Source: an uncultured Gemmatimonadales bacterium
GTDB taxonomy: Bacteria > Gemmatimonadota > Gemmatimonadetes > Gemmatimonadales > GWC2-71-9
NCBI GenBank assembly: GCA_963726955.1
Contig: CAVSEC010000007.1
Coordinates: forward strand, 403,929-467,928
Direction of reading: 5' to 3'
DNA length: 64,000 nucleotides
The number at the start of each line of letters is the position of its first letter. Positions within the stretch are counted from its first letter, which is position 1. The position numbers and the translations under genes were made by a program. Below, one piece after another: positions 56,328 through 64,000 of this stretch. Below the pieces are notes generated by a model. That model saw only the letters and a list, made by a program, of their open reading frames with translations. It was not told where the DNA came from and did no database searches.

Positions 56328-57574
56328 ATGAACGAAGAATTCCAAAAATAATACCGAAGGCAGGGGAGGGCATCTCTCTTTCGCACGAAGAGCGCGCGAA
56401 GATGCGCAGCACGCTGCATGCATACATGGAAATGAAACCGGTTCGTTCTGCCGCCACCCCCGCGCGCGCGATATCGTTCGGATGGCTCTTCACGCTGCTA
56501 TCCATTGCCGCAGTTCTTGTGCTCGCGTTCTTTATATCTTCGGCGGGCATATCATACGCCGCTGCAGACGCGTTGCCGGGAGATATTTTGTATCCGATAA
56601 AAACACAGGTCAACGAACCACTCCAAGGGGCGCTCGCGATTTCTCCGTCCGCAAAAACAGCGTGGGCGATGAGTGTCGCGGGGAAGCGTGAAAGAAGCCG
56701 CAACGCTCGCGGCGGAAGGGCGCTTGAGTAGTTCGACACAACAACAATTGCAAACAAATTTTGAAGAGCATGCACAGCAGGCAACCGCGGTCATCGCGCA
56801 AGCCGCGACCTCTAGCCCGAGCGTAAGCGGTGAGGCGGCAGTGCGTTTCGACGCGCAACTTTCCGAATATGAAACGGTGCTCGCACAGATAGGCACCGCA
56901 AAAAAGGTTGATACCACATCGCTCGCGTCCTCCGTGAGAGATACACGCACACAACTCGCAAGCGTTCGCGCCGAAGTTGCGACGCGCGTTACATCAACCG
57001 AAGTGGACCACTGGCAGCCGCAGGAATGGCTATCGCTGCGCGCGCGCAGCTTCACACATCATCCGAACTCGCCCGCACAGCCTCGAAGAGCATCTCGACT
57101 TCCTCAGCCGAACTCGTCGCCGCACAGCTTGATACCGCGAGCCACGCCATCGCCGCCGGAGAGAACCTCACGGCACAAAACGATACCCCGGCCGCGCTCG
57201 GCGCGTTCCAAAGCGCGCTCCGAGCAACCGAGAAGCTCGGTGTCTTTTTGCAGACTAGCTCCGACATACACGCGCGTACCGGACTCGTCGTAAGCGAGCC
57301 GAAGACGTCCACCTCGGATAAAACCTCGCGAATTGCTACGAGCGAAGGTGCGCGGAGTGCGAAGAATACTTCCGGTGAACAGCCGCGTCGTGCAGCCGTC
57401 ATGATGAAGGCTGCGACCGCGCCAGCTCCCGCCGCCGCACTTTTCAGCGCCACTGAACCCGCCGCAACGACGACGGCAACATCGACTCCGGAGGACCTGA
57501 GCGGTGCAACGGTAACGGCATCTTCGAGCCTCGAAACATTGCCGGTATCGGTGCCGATGAACGGTTTTCAATAA
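56328..57574 (+). pseudogene. membrane-anchored DUF5667-like protein (Patescibacteria-type), about 3 frameshifts
   Basis: MNEEFQK begins the gene, with a shift in the A run at 56344-56348. IIPKAGEGISLSHEERAKMRSTLHAYMEMKPV...FTLLSIAAVLVLAFFISSAG...LPGDILYPIKTQVNEPLQGAL comes next. VKEAATLAAEGRLSSSTQQQLQTNFEEH... follows. The Ala/Thr-rich tail ends ...PMNGFQ*. The family call is from memory. Confidence 0.45.
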
Positions 57575-57581
57575 AAAGATG

Positions 57582-57609
57582 CGGGGCGTCGCAGAATGAC
57601 GACGCCCCG
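57582..57609. terminator. bidirectional hairpin between convergent genes
   Basis: CGGGGCGTCG-cagaatga-CGACGCCCCG is a perfect 10-bp stem, preceded by AATAAAAAG. Confidence 0.6.
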
Positions 57610-57649
57610 ATGTGAGGACGATGGGGAACAATACCGGTAGAGCGACCGC

Positions 57650-58024
57650 CTAGTCCGCGAGCAACTTGAGCACGCGGAGCTTTGTCAGAAGTTTTTCCGA
57701 CGAATAGCCGCCGGTGATGACCTCGTTGGCACCAACATTGTGCAACGATGACACGAGGTCAAAGTCGATACCTTGCACCACGGCGATTATCTTGGCATCG
57801 CCGTTGTCGAAGCTGCGAACCGACCGGATGGCCTGCACGGCGCCGAACGGCGGCAGCTCGGAATCAATGACCAGCAGCTCCGGCTTCTGCTCACCGAGCC
57901 GTGCGAGCAGCGCGTTACTGTTCGTGACGGCCGCTGTCTCAAAATACAGATTGCGCAGTGCGCCGAGCATTGCTCCGCACATGAGTGGCGATACGTGTGC
58001 GACCAGAGCCCTCGCCATAGCCAA
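57650..58024 (-). CDS. receiver-like (degenerate REC) single-domain protein
   Basis: The 124-aa ORF reads ...ELLVIDSELPPFGAVQAIRSVR...AKIIAVVQG...GANEVITGGYS. The N-terminal acidic pair and the conserved Lys of canonical receivers are not evident. Confidence 0.45.
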   Translation of the reverse strand: MAMARALVAHVSPLMCGAMLGALRNLYFETAAVTNSNALLARLGEQKPELLVIDSELPPFGAVQAIRSVRSFDNGDAKIIAVVQGIDFDLVSSLHNVGANEVITGGYSSEKLLTKLRVLKLLAD

Positions 58025-58069
58025 TTCCTTCTTGTTGCGCCACGGATGTGGCGACAGTGTTCAAACGCA

Positions 58070-58093
58070 GCACCCACTCTATTGAGTGGGTGC
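58070..58093 (-). terminator. hairpin after purA
   Basis: GCACCCACT-ctattg-AGTGGGTGC is a 9-bp stem. On the minus strand it is followed by TGCGTTTG. Confidence 0.45.
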
Positions 58094-58116
58094 GTGCGGG
58101 TCAAGCGAGCCGAAAA

Positions 58117-59127
58117 CTAGATGGTTTCTTTGCTCTCCGAGTAAAAAACGTTCTCTTTTTTGAGGCCCAGCGATGCGAGGCGCTCTGAAACGAACTCCTG
58201 CATTTCTTTTTCACTCTTGAATTTTTTTACCTTTTCTTTATCTATGACCGCCCACTGACCGACTGCGCGCAGAACGTCGACTTTGTTGAAGACGATGTGC
58301 GTGACGCCGTTCATGCGGATGGCACGTTCGAGCGTTTGCATGTTCATCCAGTTGGTCTGGCGGCGGCGTCCTGTGGTGGATCCGAACTCCTCACCGATGT
58401 CGCCGATCTTGTTGAAGACTTCGCCTTCAGGTTGGAACTTTTTGCGAGCCGACGTAGGTTTCGTAGATTTTCGCGACACCCCATACCGTCACGAATGCGC
58501 TGGCGGGTGAAGACCGTTGAGAAGCGCGCCGGCGGTCGTGCAGTGCGAAGAGGTGACGAACGGGTAGTCGCCCCAGTCGATGTCGAGCCCGAATCCTTGC
58601 GCGCCTTCGCGCGAGAATCGGCGACGTCTTGTTCATTGGTCGGATACCATTCTTTGTAGAGATCGATGAGGTAGGGCTCCAGCTTCGGTGATATCTTTCG
58701 CGCGGACGCCGGTGCGGCCGTACTTGTCGCGATACGCCGGACCGTTGCCGCGGCCGGTCGTGCCGATCTTGCCGCCGTGCTGTTTTATCTTCGGCCTTGT
58801 GCGCGTCGGTGATGACGTGCGTATTCTCCGCGACGAAAATCTTTCCCGTCGTTTGCACGCCGCCCTCTTCGAGATCACCGATTTCCTGTGAAAAATTGAT
58901 CGGGATCGAGCACGCAGCCCGGAGCCGATGATGCTCTTCACGCCAAAAAAAACGCCCGCAGGAATGTGGTGTGTGATGAATTTCTTCCCTTCATGGAAGA
59001 TTGTGTGGCCAGCGTTGCAGCCGCCGTTGTAGCGGAGCACGTGGGTGTAGGAGTTTTTGTGGCTTAAATAGTGGGCGATTTTGCCCTTTCCGCTGTCTCC
59101 ATACTGGAGATCGACTATGACATCCAT
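58117..59127 (-). pseudogene. purA: adenylosuccinate synthetase PurA, several frameshifts
   Basis: MDVIVDLQYGDSGKGKIAHYL...VLRYNGGCNAGHTIFHEGKKFITHHIPAGVF contains the GDxGKGK and GG.NAGHT motifs. GGKIGTTGRGNGPAYRDKYGRTGVRA and EEFGSTTGRRRQTNWMNMQTLERAIRMNGVTHIVFNKVDVL...* lie in other frames. Confidence 0.85.
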
Positions 59128-59301
59128 CTTTAACACAACTACCTCAATGTAGCATTTCTCGAGTGTACGATGCAAGCGCAAGTTACCTGTTCACAACTCG
59201 ATTTGAGCTAGATTTTATAGGCCTTTTTGGGCGTCTCGACATAAAAAGAAGCCGCCCGGACACCGGGGCAAATCTGTTTAGCGACCTCGAGACGTTGCGA
59301 T

Positions 59302-59767
59302 CTAGCGGCGCGAGTCGATTTTCACCAGTCGCATGCACGCATGCTCCTCGTCTTGTCGTGCTTCTCGTCCACGCCGGGCGATATCGTGCAGCCACTTCAC
59401 GGGATGCGGTACCGTGAACGCGTCGCTCGTATGCGAGAAACAGCGGGTCATCCCGCAGTTCGTCGATCCATGTGGGCTGATGATCATGACGCGGATGATG
59501 TGCGCAGCGCGCAGACCTTGCCACGTAACGGGACAAAGCAAGACGTCGTCAGGGTACGTCGGCCGATCCATGAGTGCATCGATGTTCGCCGACGAGTCGT
59601 TGCCGGTGATTGCTTCTTCCAACCCGTCCATGAGGAGCAGTTGGCCCGGCGATTCGATCCGGATAAAACCTTCCCGCCCATGTGCGCTTCTCGACTTTCT
59701 TTTCGAGGATCGGGTCGTGGAGCAGGTCCGTGAGCGGTACGTTGCCTCCCGTCCCACGATACGACAT
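59302..59767 (-). other. unassigned ORF fragments (gene Y)
   Basis: The ATG at 59767 overlaps the upstream stop as TAATG. It reads MSYRGTGGNVPLTDLLHDPILEKKVEKR... and then, in another frame, GFIRIESPGQLLLMDGLEEAITGNDSSANIDALMDRPTYPDDVLL...VKWLHDIARRG...*. Third-position GC and neighbour orientation favour the minus strand. I recognise no family. Confidence 0.25.
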
Positions 59768-60010
59768 TAAGTCTGGATGTTGCTGTCATCGGAAACCTTG
59801 CGCAACACGTGCGCCTCGATGACGACGATGCCGGGATTTTCGAGATTGTTGTATTCGCTCCGCATTCGGTGATGTCCGAGATAAGCGGGTGAACCGCCCC
59901 CACCACGAACGGATAGGACGTGATCGGCGATAGTAGCGAGGTCGACTGGAGAGGAACTGTAATCGTGGCTTTCCTGGAGTAGCGCACCCAGGCCGTTTTC
60001 CAGACATTCT
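59768..60010 (-). other. unassigned ORF fragment (gene X, C-terminal part)
   Basis: It reads ...ENGLGALLQESHDYSSSPVDLATIADHVLSVRGGGGSPAYLGHHRMRSEYNNLENPGIVVIEAHVLRKVSDDSNIQT*. No usable start is visible and the upstream part is frame-broken. I recognise no family. Confidence 0.2.
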
Positions 60011-60158
60011 CGTCTCCGACGTATCTATACGCCGGTCGACACTCTATAGAAAAAAAGGCTTTTGAGCCAGTTTTGCAAAACGCACGAAAACCCGCGCCTA
60101 CGAGAGGACGCGCATCAAAAATCGAATGACGAGAATGACTTCGTTCATAAAGATAGTG

Positions 60159-61290
60159 CTAGAACGGATTACGGATGCCGTTACGAATTTCGAAGTGCAC
60201 GTGAGGACCGGTCGCAAGGCCGGTCGTCCGACGTAGCCGATGACTCACCCTGCTGCACGCTCGCGCCGTCATACGTGGCGACCTTGGACATGTGTCCGTA
60301 GAGCGTCTGCGAGCCGTTGTCGTGACTGATGACTACGTAGCTGCCGTAGCCGCCGTTCCATCCGCCCTGTCGCGCGACGACGACATCGCCGGCGGCGGCG
60401 GCCATGATGGGTGTGCCGGTCGGTGCCGCGAGGTCGACGGCGTTGTATCCGTGGATGCCCTGCGTCTCGATGTAGTGCGCGAGCGGCGCGATGTAGTAGG
60501 ATATTTCGGAGGCGTCACCCTGCGGTCCGACGTTGTGCGCAGGCTTGCTGGTTACTTGGCCGTCTTCGTTGTCGTCTTGGTGGTACCCGAAGCGGAAGAC
60601 CGTCCGAGGACGCCGATACTTCGCCGTTGGGGACGATGATAGTCGCTCCGACGGCGAGCGAGCGTCGCTCTCGATACCGTTATAAGTGGCGATTTCGGTC
60701 GCGTCACCGCCGAACCGCTTGGCGATACTCTCAAGCGTGTCGCCTTTCTTTATCGTGTAGTTGATGCCCGTGACAGGAAGGATGACGAGCTTCTGTCCGA
60801 CCTGCAGCTTGTCTTTGGATGAGAGCCCGTTCGCCGCGAGAATCGTGCCGGGAGTAACGGTGAAGAGTTTCGCGATACTGGAGAGCGAGTCGCCTTCGCG
60901 CACGACGTACGTGCTGATAGTGCTGTTCTTGGGCTTCTCGATATCAGCCATAGTTCCCGACGGTCCCTCTTCGGGCATCAGCGCGGAGCTGTCGACAATG
61001 GTGATACCGCCACCGCCGGTTGCCGGCGCGGGGTTGAGATTCATAGCAGGCTCAAGAATGTCCATCGTCTGGAGATTACCCGCGACTGCACTCGTGCTGG
61101 TGCGCCCGATTACGGAACCCGTAAGAGTCGCGAAGATATTACTTAAAACAGATGCCCGCGCGGAGACGGGCAGAAGGGTACCGATGATGACGAGCAGGGA
61201 AATAAAAGTGACCGCCGTGCGTGCGGAATGAGATTTACGATATTTCGCCTTACGGGGTTCGCCACTACCCGCGTTAGGTTCCTTTTTACT
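60159..61290 (-). pseudogene. LysM-LysM-peptidase M23 cell-wall hydrolase, about 3 frameshifts, start codon not identifiable
   Basis: The N-terminal anchor is KYRKSHSARTAVTFISLLVIIGTLLPVSA. The two LysM domains are YVVREGDSLSSIAKLFTVTPGTILAANGL and YTIKKGDTLESIAKRFGGDATEIATYNGI. The M23 motifs are GIHGYNAVDLAAPTGTPIMAAAAGDVV, GYGSYVVISHDNGSQTLYGHMS and TGLATGPHVHFEIRNGIRNPF* (stop at 60159-60161). Confidence 0.8.
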
Positions 61291-61519
61291 GTCTTTTATA
61301 AGCCTTTGTTAAGCCACGGTACGGGAGAATGTCTGGAATATGGCTCTAATCCTTGCTTTTTCGAGTAGAGCCTCGTGCTATCAGTACCGCTTAGTCCACC
61401 GTACCCGACAGGGGGTTCACCGTCAATTCATAATGGCGCTGGACGGTGGATAAGCCATTTGTCAAATGCATTTTAGCCTTATTTTAAGCCATTTTCTACA
61501 TGAAGAGGCTCCTGCGTGG

Positions 61520-61525
61520 TATAGT
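61520..61525 (+). promoter_or_regulatory. extended -10 box (TGgTATAGT) that would give a leaderless pcrA mRNA
   Basis: TATAGT at 61520-61525 is preceded by TGG. Only 6 nt separate it from the ATG at 61532, and there is no Shine-Dalgarno sequence. Confidence 0.3.
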
Positions 61526-61531
61526 CTTCCG

Positions 61532-63401
61532 ATGTCATATCTGGAGGGATTGAACGAAAGGCAGCGCGGTGCTGTTTTGCACACCGACGGACCCCTCCTT
61601 ATCGTCGCAGGCGCGGGCGCGGGCAAGACAAAGACCATAACGCACCGCATCGCTCATCTAATAGAGACGGGAGTCGCCCCCCATCACATCCTTGCAGTCA
61701 CCTTTACCAACAAGGCGGCCGGGGAGATGCGTGAACGGGTACGGAAATTGCTCGGCGGACGGACCGGCATGCCGCTTCTCTCGACCTTCCACTCGCTCGG
61801 AGTCCGACTCCTTCGCGAGTTCCACGACGAAGCGGGCATCGAACGCGATTTCAGCATTTGGGACCGGGACGACAGCACCAAGGCCCTGAAGCGGATACTC
61901 ACAAACTTCGGCTCCGACCTGACACCCAAAAGTGTGCTGTCTGCGATATCGAGACAGAAAGGCGACGGGATATCCGTCGCGGACTACGCGGAAGGTGCAT
62001 CGGATTATCGTACACAGAGCGTCGCGCGTGTGTGGGATGCGTACGAACGGGCGCTCAAAGAAGAGCAGGCACTCGATTTCGACGACCTATTGTTGCGCAC
62101 GCTAACGTTGTTGCGGAAAATGTCCTGAGGTCCTCTCGCTTCTCCAAGACCGCTGGACCCACATCACGATTGATGAGTATCAGGATACCAACGCGGCGCA
62201 GTACGAAATCGCGCGACTACTCGCGGGAGAACGAAAAAACATCTGTGTGGTCGGCGACACCGACCAGAATATTTACAGCTGGCGCGGCGCCGACATCGAA
62301 CACTTGCTCGGTTTCGAAGAGACGTTCCCCGGAGCCGCCGTCGTAACGCTCGAACAAAATTACCGCTCGACGCGCACGATTCTGCGGCGGCAAATGCAGT
62401 CATCGAGAAAAATATGCGTCGCAAGCCGAAGAATCTTTTCACGGAGAACGAGACGGGCGAGCCTATTACGTTCTACGGCGCGCACAACGAAGGCGACGAA
62501 GCATGGTTCGTCGCGGAAAGTATCGTACGGCTGATGGAACGCGGAATGAACCCGGCGCATATTGCCGTCTTGTACCGGGAAAATTTCCAGTCGCGCGTGC
62601 TCGAAGAAGCGTTCTTGCACTTGGCCCTGCCGTACCGCGTGCTCGGTACGCGATTTTTTGAACGCAAAGAAGTCAAAGACGTGCTCGCGTACTTGCGCGC
62701 GGCGCTCAACCCGAAAAGTCGCAACGATATCGCGCGCATTATTGCGGTGCCGTCGCGCGGCATCGGGAAGGTGACGATCGAAAAGATGTTTGCGGATGAC
62801 GACGCCGGAATTCCGGCGGGCGCGCGCGCAAAAGTCGAATCGTTCCGCAATGCTTACTCGCGATACGCAAAGCGTGCGAGACCCTGACCGCGTCGGAGGC
62901 CGTGCGCTTCGCCATCGAGGCGAGCGGCATCGAGGCAATGCTCAAAAAAGACAAAGAAGAGGGGCCGGAGCGGCTCGGCAACGTGCACGAGCTCGTGAAC
63001 CTCTCAACAAAGTACGACGATGCAGTGCCGCCGGAAGGCATCGAGCGCCTGCTCGAAGAGGCGGCGCTCCAATCGAGCAGGACGCGCTCGAAAAGCCGAT
63101 GGATAAAGTTACGCTCATGACGGTACACGCCTCAAAGGGTCTTGAGTTCGATGCGGTTTTCGTGACGGGCCTCGAACAGGGACTCTTTCCTTCGGGACGG
63201 GAAAGCGACACCGAGCGCGACCCGGAGGAGGAACGGCGACTGTTTTACGTGGCCATCACGCGTGCCGGCAAGCGCCTTTTTCTTTCGTATGCGCGCGAAC
63301 GCATGAAGTACGGCTCGCGCGAACACAGTTTGCCGTCTGAATTTCTGAGCGATATCGACGAGCGACTCCTTAAAGCACCTTCGCGCGGAAGAACAATTTG
63401 A
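61532..63401 (+). pseudogene. pcrA: UvrD/PcrA-family DNA helicase, at least 6 frameshifts
   Basis: The gene begins MSYLEGLNERQRGAVLHTDGPLLIVAGAGAGKTKTITHRIAHL. VTFTNKAAGEMRERV, ITIDEYQDTNAAQYEI, VVGDTDQNIYSWRGAD, LEQNYRSTRTIL, LGTRFFERKEVKDVLAYL, MTVHASKGLEFDAVFV and RRLFYVAITRAGKRLFLSY follow, spread over all three frames. Confidence 0.85.
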
Positions 63402-63422
63402 GGATACTATTGAATAATCGGT

Positions 63423-64000
63423 ATGAAAAAACGCGGCGCGAGATTGGGACAGCATTTTTTGACCGGGCAGTGGGCCGCTTAAACACTGCGCGAAATCCGT
63501 GAACATGCAAAGAGGCGAGCAGATCCTCGAAATAGGACCGGGTACAGGCGCCCTCACGCGCGAACTCCTTGCAGAAGGCGGCCGCGTGCTCGCGGTCGAG
63601 AAAGATGAGGCGCTCGTTGCGCAGCTAGAAGAAACATTTGCGAGAGAAATCATGTCAGACACATTGCGCGTGATAGCCGCCGACATCCGGGATTTTTCTC
63701 CGGAGCAACACGGCCTCACTCGCGCCGGCTATGTGCTTGCGGCGAATATTCCGTACTACATTACCGGTGAAATACTGCGGAAATTTCTTGAGGCAAAAGC
63801 GCACCCGCGCGCGCTCGCACTGTTGATACAAAAAGAAGTTGCCGAGCGCATCCTCGCGCGTGACAAAAAAGAAAGCATCTCTCACTGTCGGTCAAAGCGT
63901 ACGGAACGCCGCGTATTGCCGCGAAAGTATCTCGCGGAAATTTCTCCCCGCCCCCATCCGTCGATTCCTTCTATTCTCGTAATCGAAAAAGTTTCAAAAG
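63423..64000 (+). pseudogene. rsmA: 16S rRNA (adenine1518/1519-N6)-dimethyltransferase RsmA/KsgA, frameshifted, 3'-partial
   Basis: MKKRGARLGQHFL begins the gene, followed by a shift. GEQILEIGPGTGALTRELLAEGGRVLAVEKDEALV...VLAANIPYYITGEILRKFL...LLIQKEVAERI comes next. After a further shift it continues ...KAYGTPRIAAKVSRGNFSPPPSVDS. It runs off the window. Confidence 0.7.

Noticed and set aside
59163-59770. A plus-strand reading that resembles a metallophosphoesterase (…LVVLLVHAG / GDIVQPLHG …).
   Set aside because: The resemblance needs its own frameshift and lacks the other phosphoesterase motifs (GNHD, GHTH). Third-position GC, the TAATG overlap at 59767 and the orientation of all neighbouring genes favour the minus strand. 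I left the region unassigned.
61395-61450. An inverted repeat (TCCACCGT...ACGGTGGA) with an internal GGGGTTCACCG, considered as a tRNA-like or small RNA gene.
   Set aside because: There is no canonical T-loop (GTTCGAATC or GTTCAAATC), no acceptor stem and no anticodon-arm geometry. It is more simply part of the divergent promoter region.

Overview
The window is a composite of unrelated blocks, so it should not be read as one genome segment. All protein and domain calls come from reading the supplied translations and from remembered family motifs. No searches were run.

Block A (1 to about 52,945) is high GC, roughly 65-75% in hand-counted lines, and is a motility and chemosensory region.
- Flagellar export, rod and ring genes: fliN'-fliO-fliP-fliQ-fliR-flhB-flhA-flhF-flhG-fliA, a coupled membrane ORF, then flgF-flgG-flgA-flgH-flgI, a flgJ-like gene, a flgN-like gene, flgK and csrA.
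- A minus-strand motA-motB-REC/HD-GYP-histidine kinase operon.
- An HDOD gene, a 0.4 kb lower-GC island with an orphan ORF, and an outer-membrane barrel gene.
- A 31 kb same-strand chemosensory and phosphorelay supercluster. It holds five MCPs, cheA, cheW, a truncated-globin-like PAS protein, two cheB/cheR pairs, cheX, PilZ, cheY, two REC-Cys4 proteins, an HPt protein, a DUF3391-like ORF, an HDOD gene and three tandem tripartite hybrid kinases.
- Four to five sigma-28-type promoter matches precede motA, the HDOD gene, the first and fifth MCP genes and cheA.

Block B (about 52,946-56,300) is minus strand and holds proteobacterial-type sulfate assimilation genes truncated at both ends: a 21-aa oligopeptide-ABC fragment, sbp', cysH, DUF934 and 'cysI.

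Block C (about 56,328-64,000) is roughly 50-55% GC and holds Patescibacteria-like housekeeping genes: a DUF5667-like gene, a REC-like gene, purA, a LysM-M23 peptidase, pcrA/uvrD and rsmA.

Reading frames are broken by single-base indels in patches: 1-5.1 kb, 12.7-14.9 kb, 40.0-44.9 kb, and everywhere after 52.9 kb. The stretches 5.1-12.7 kb, 15-40 kb and 45-52.9 kb are clean. Several verified breaks sit at GATC sites or in G runs, which suggests sequencing error. I think the last 11 kb is a read or assembly chimera rather than biology.

I recognised no rRNA, tRNA, CRISPR array or mobile element. The most interesting real biology is the supercluster in block A, and within it the globin-like PAS protein, the REC-Cys4 pair, the CheA-less cheB/cheR module and the kinase trio.
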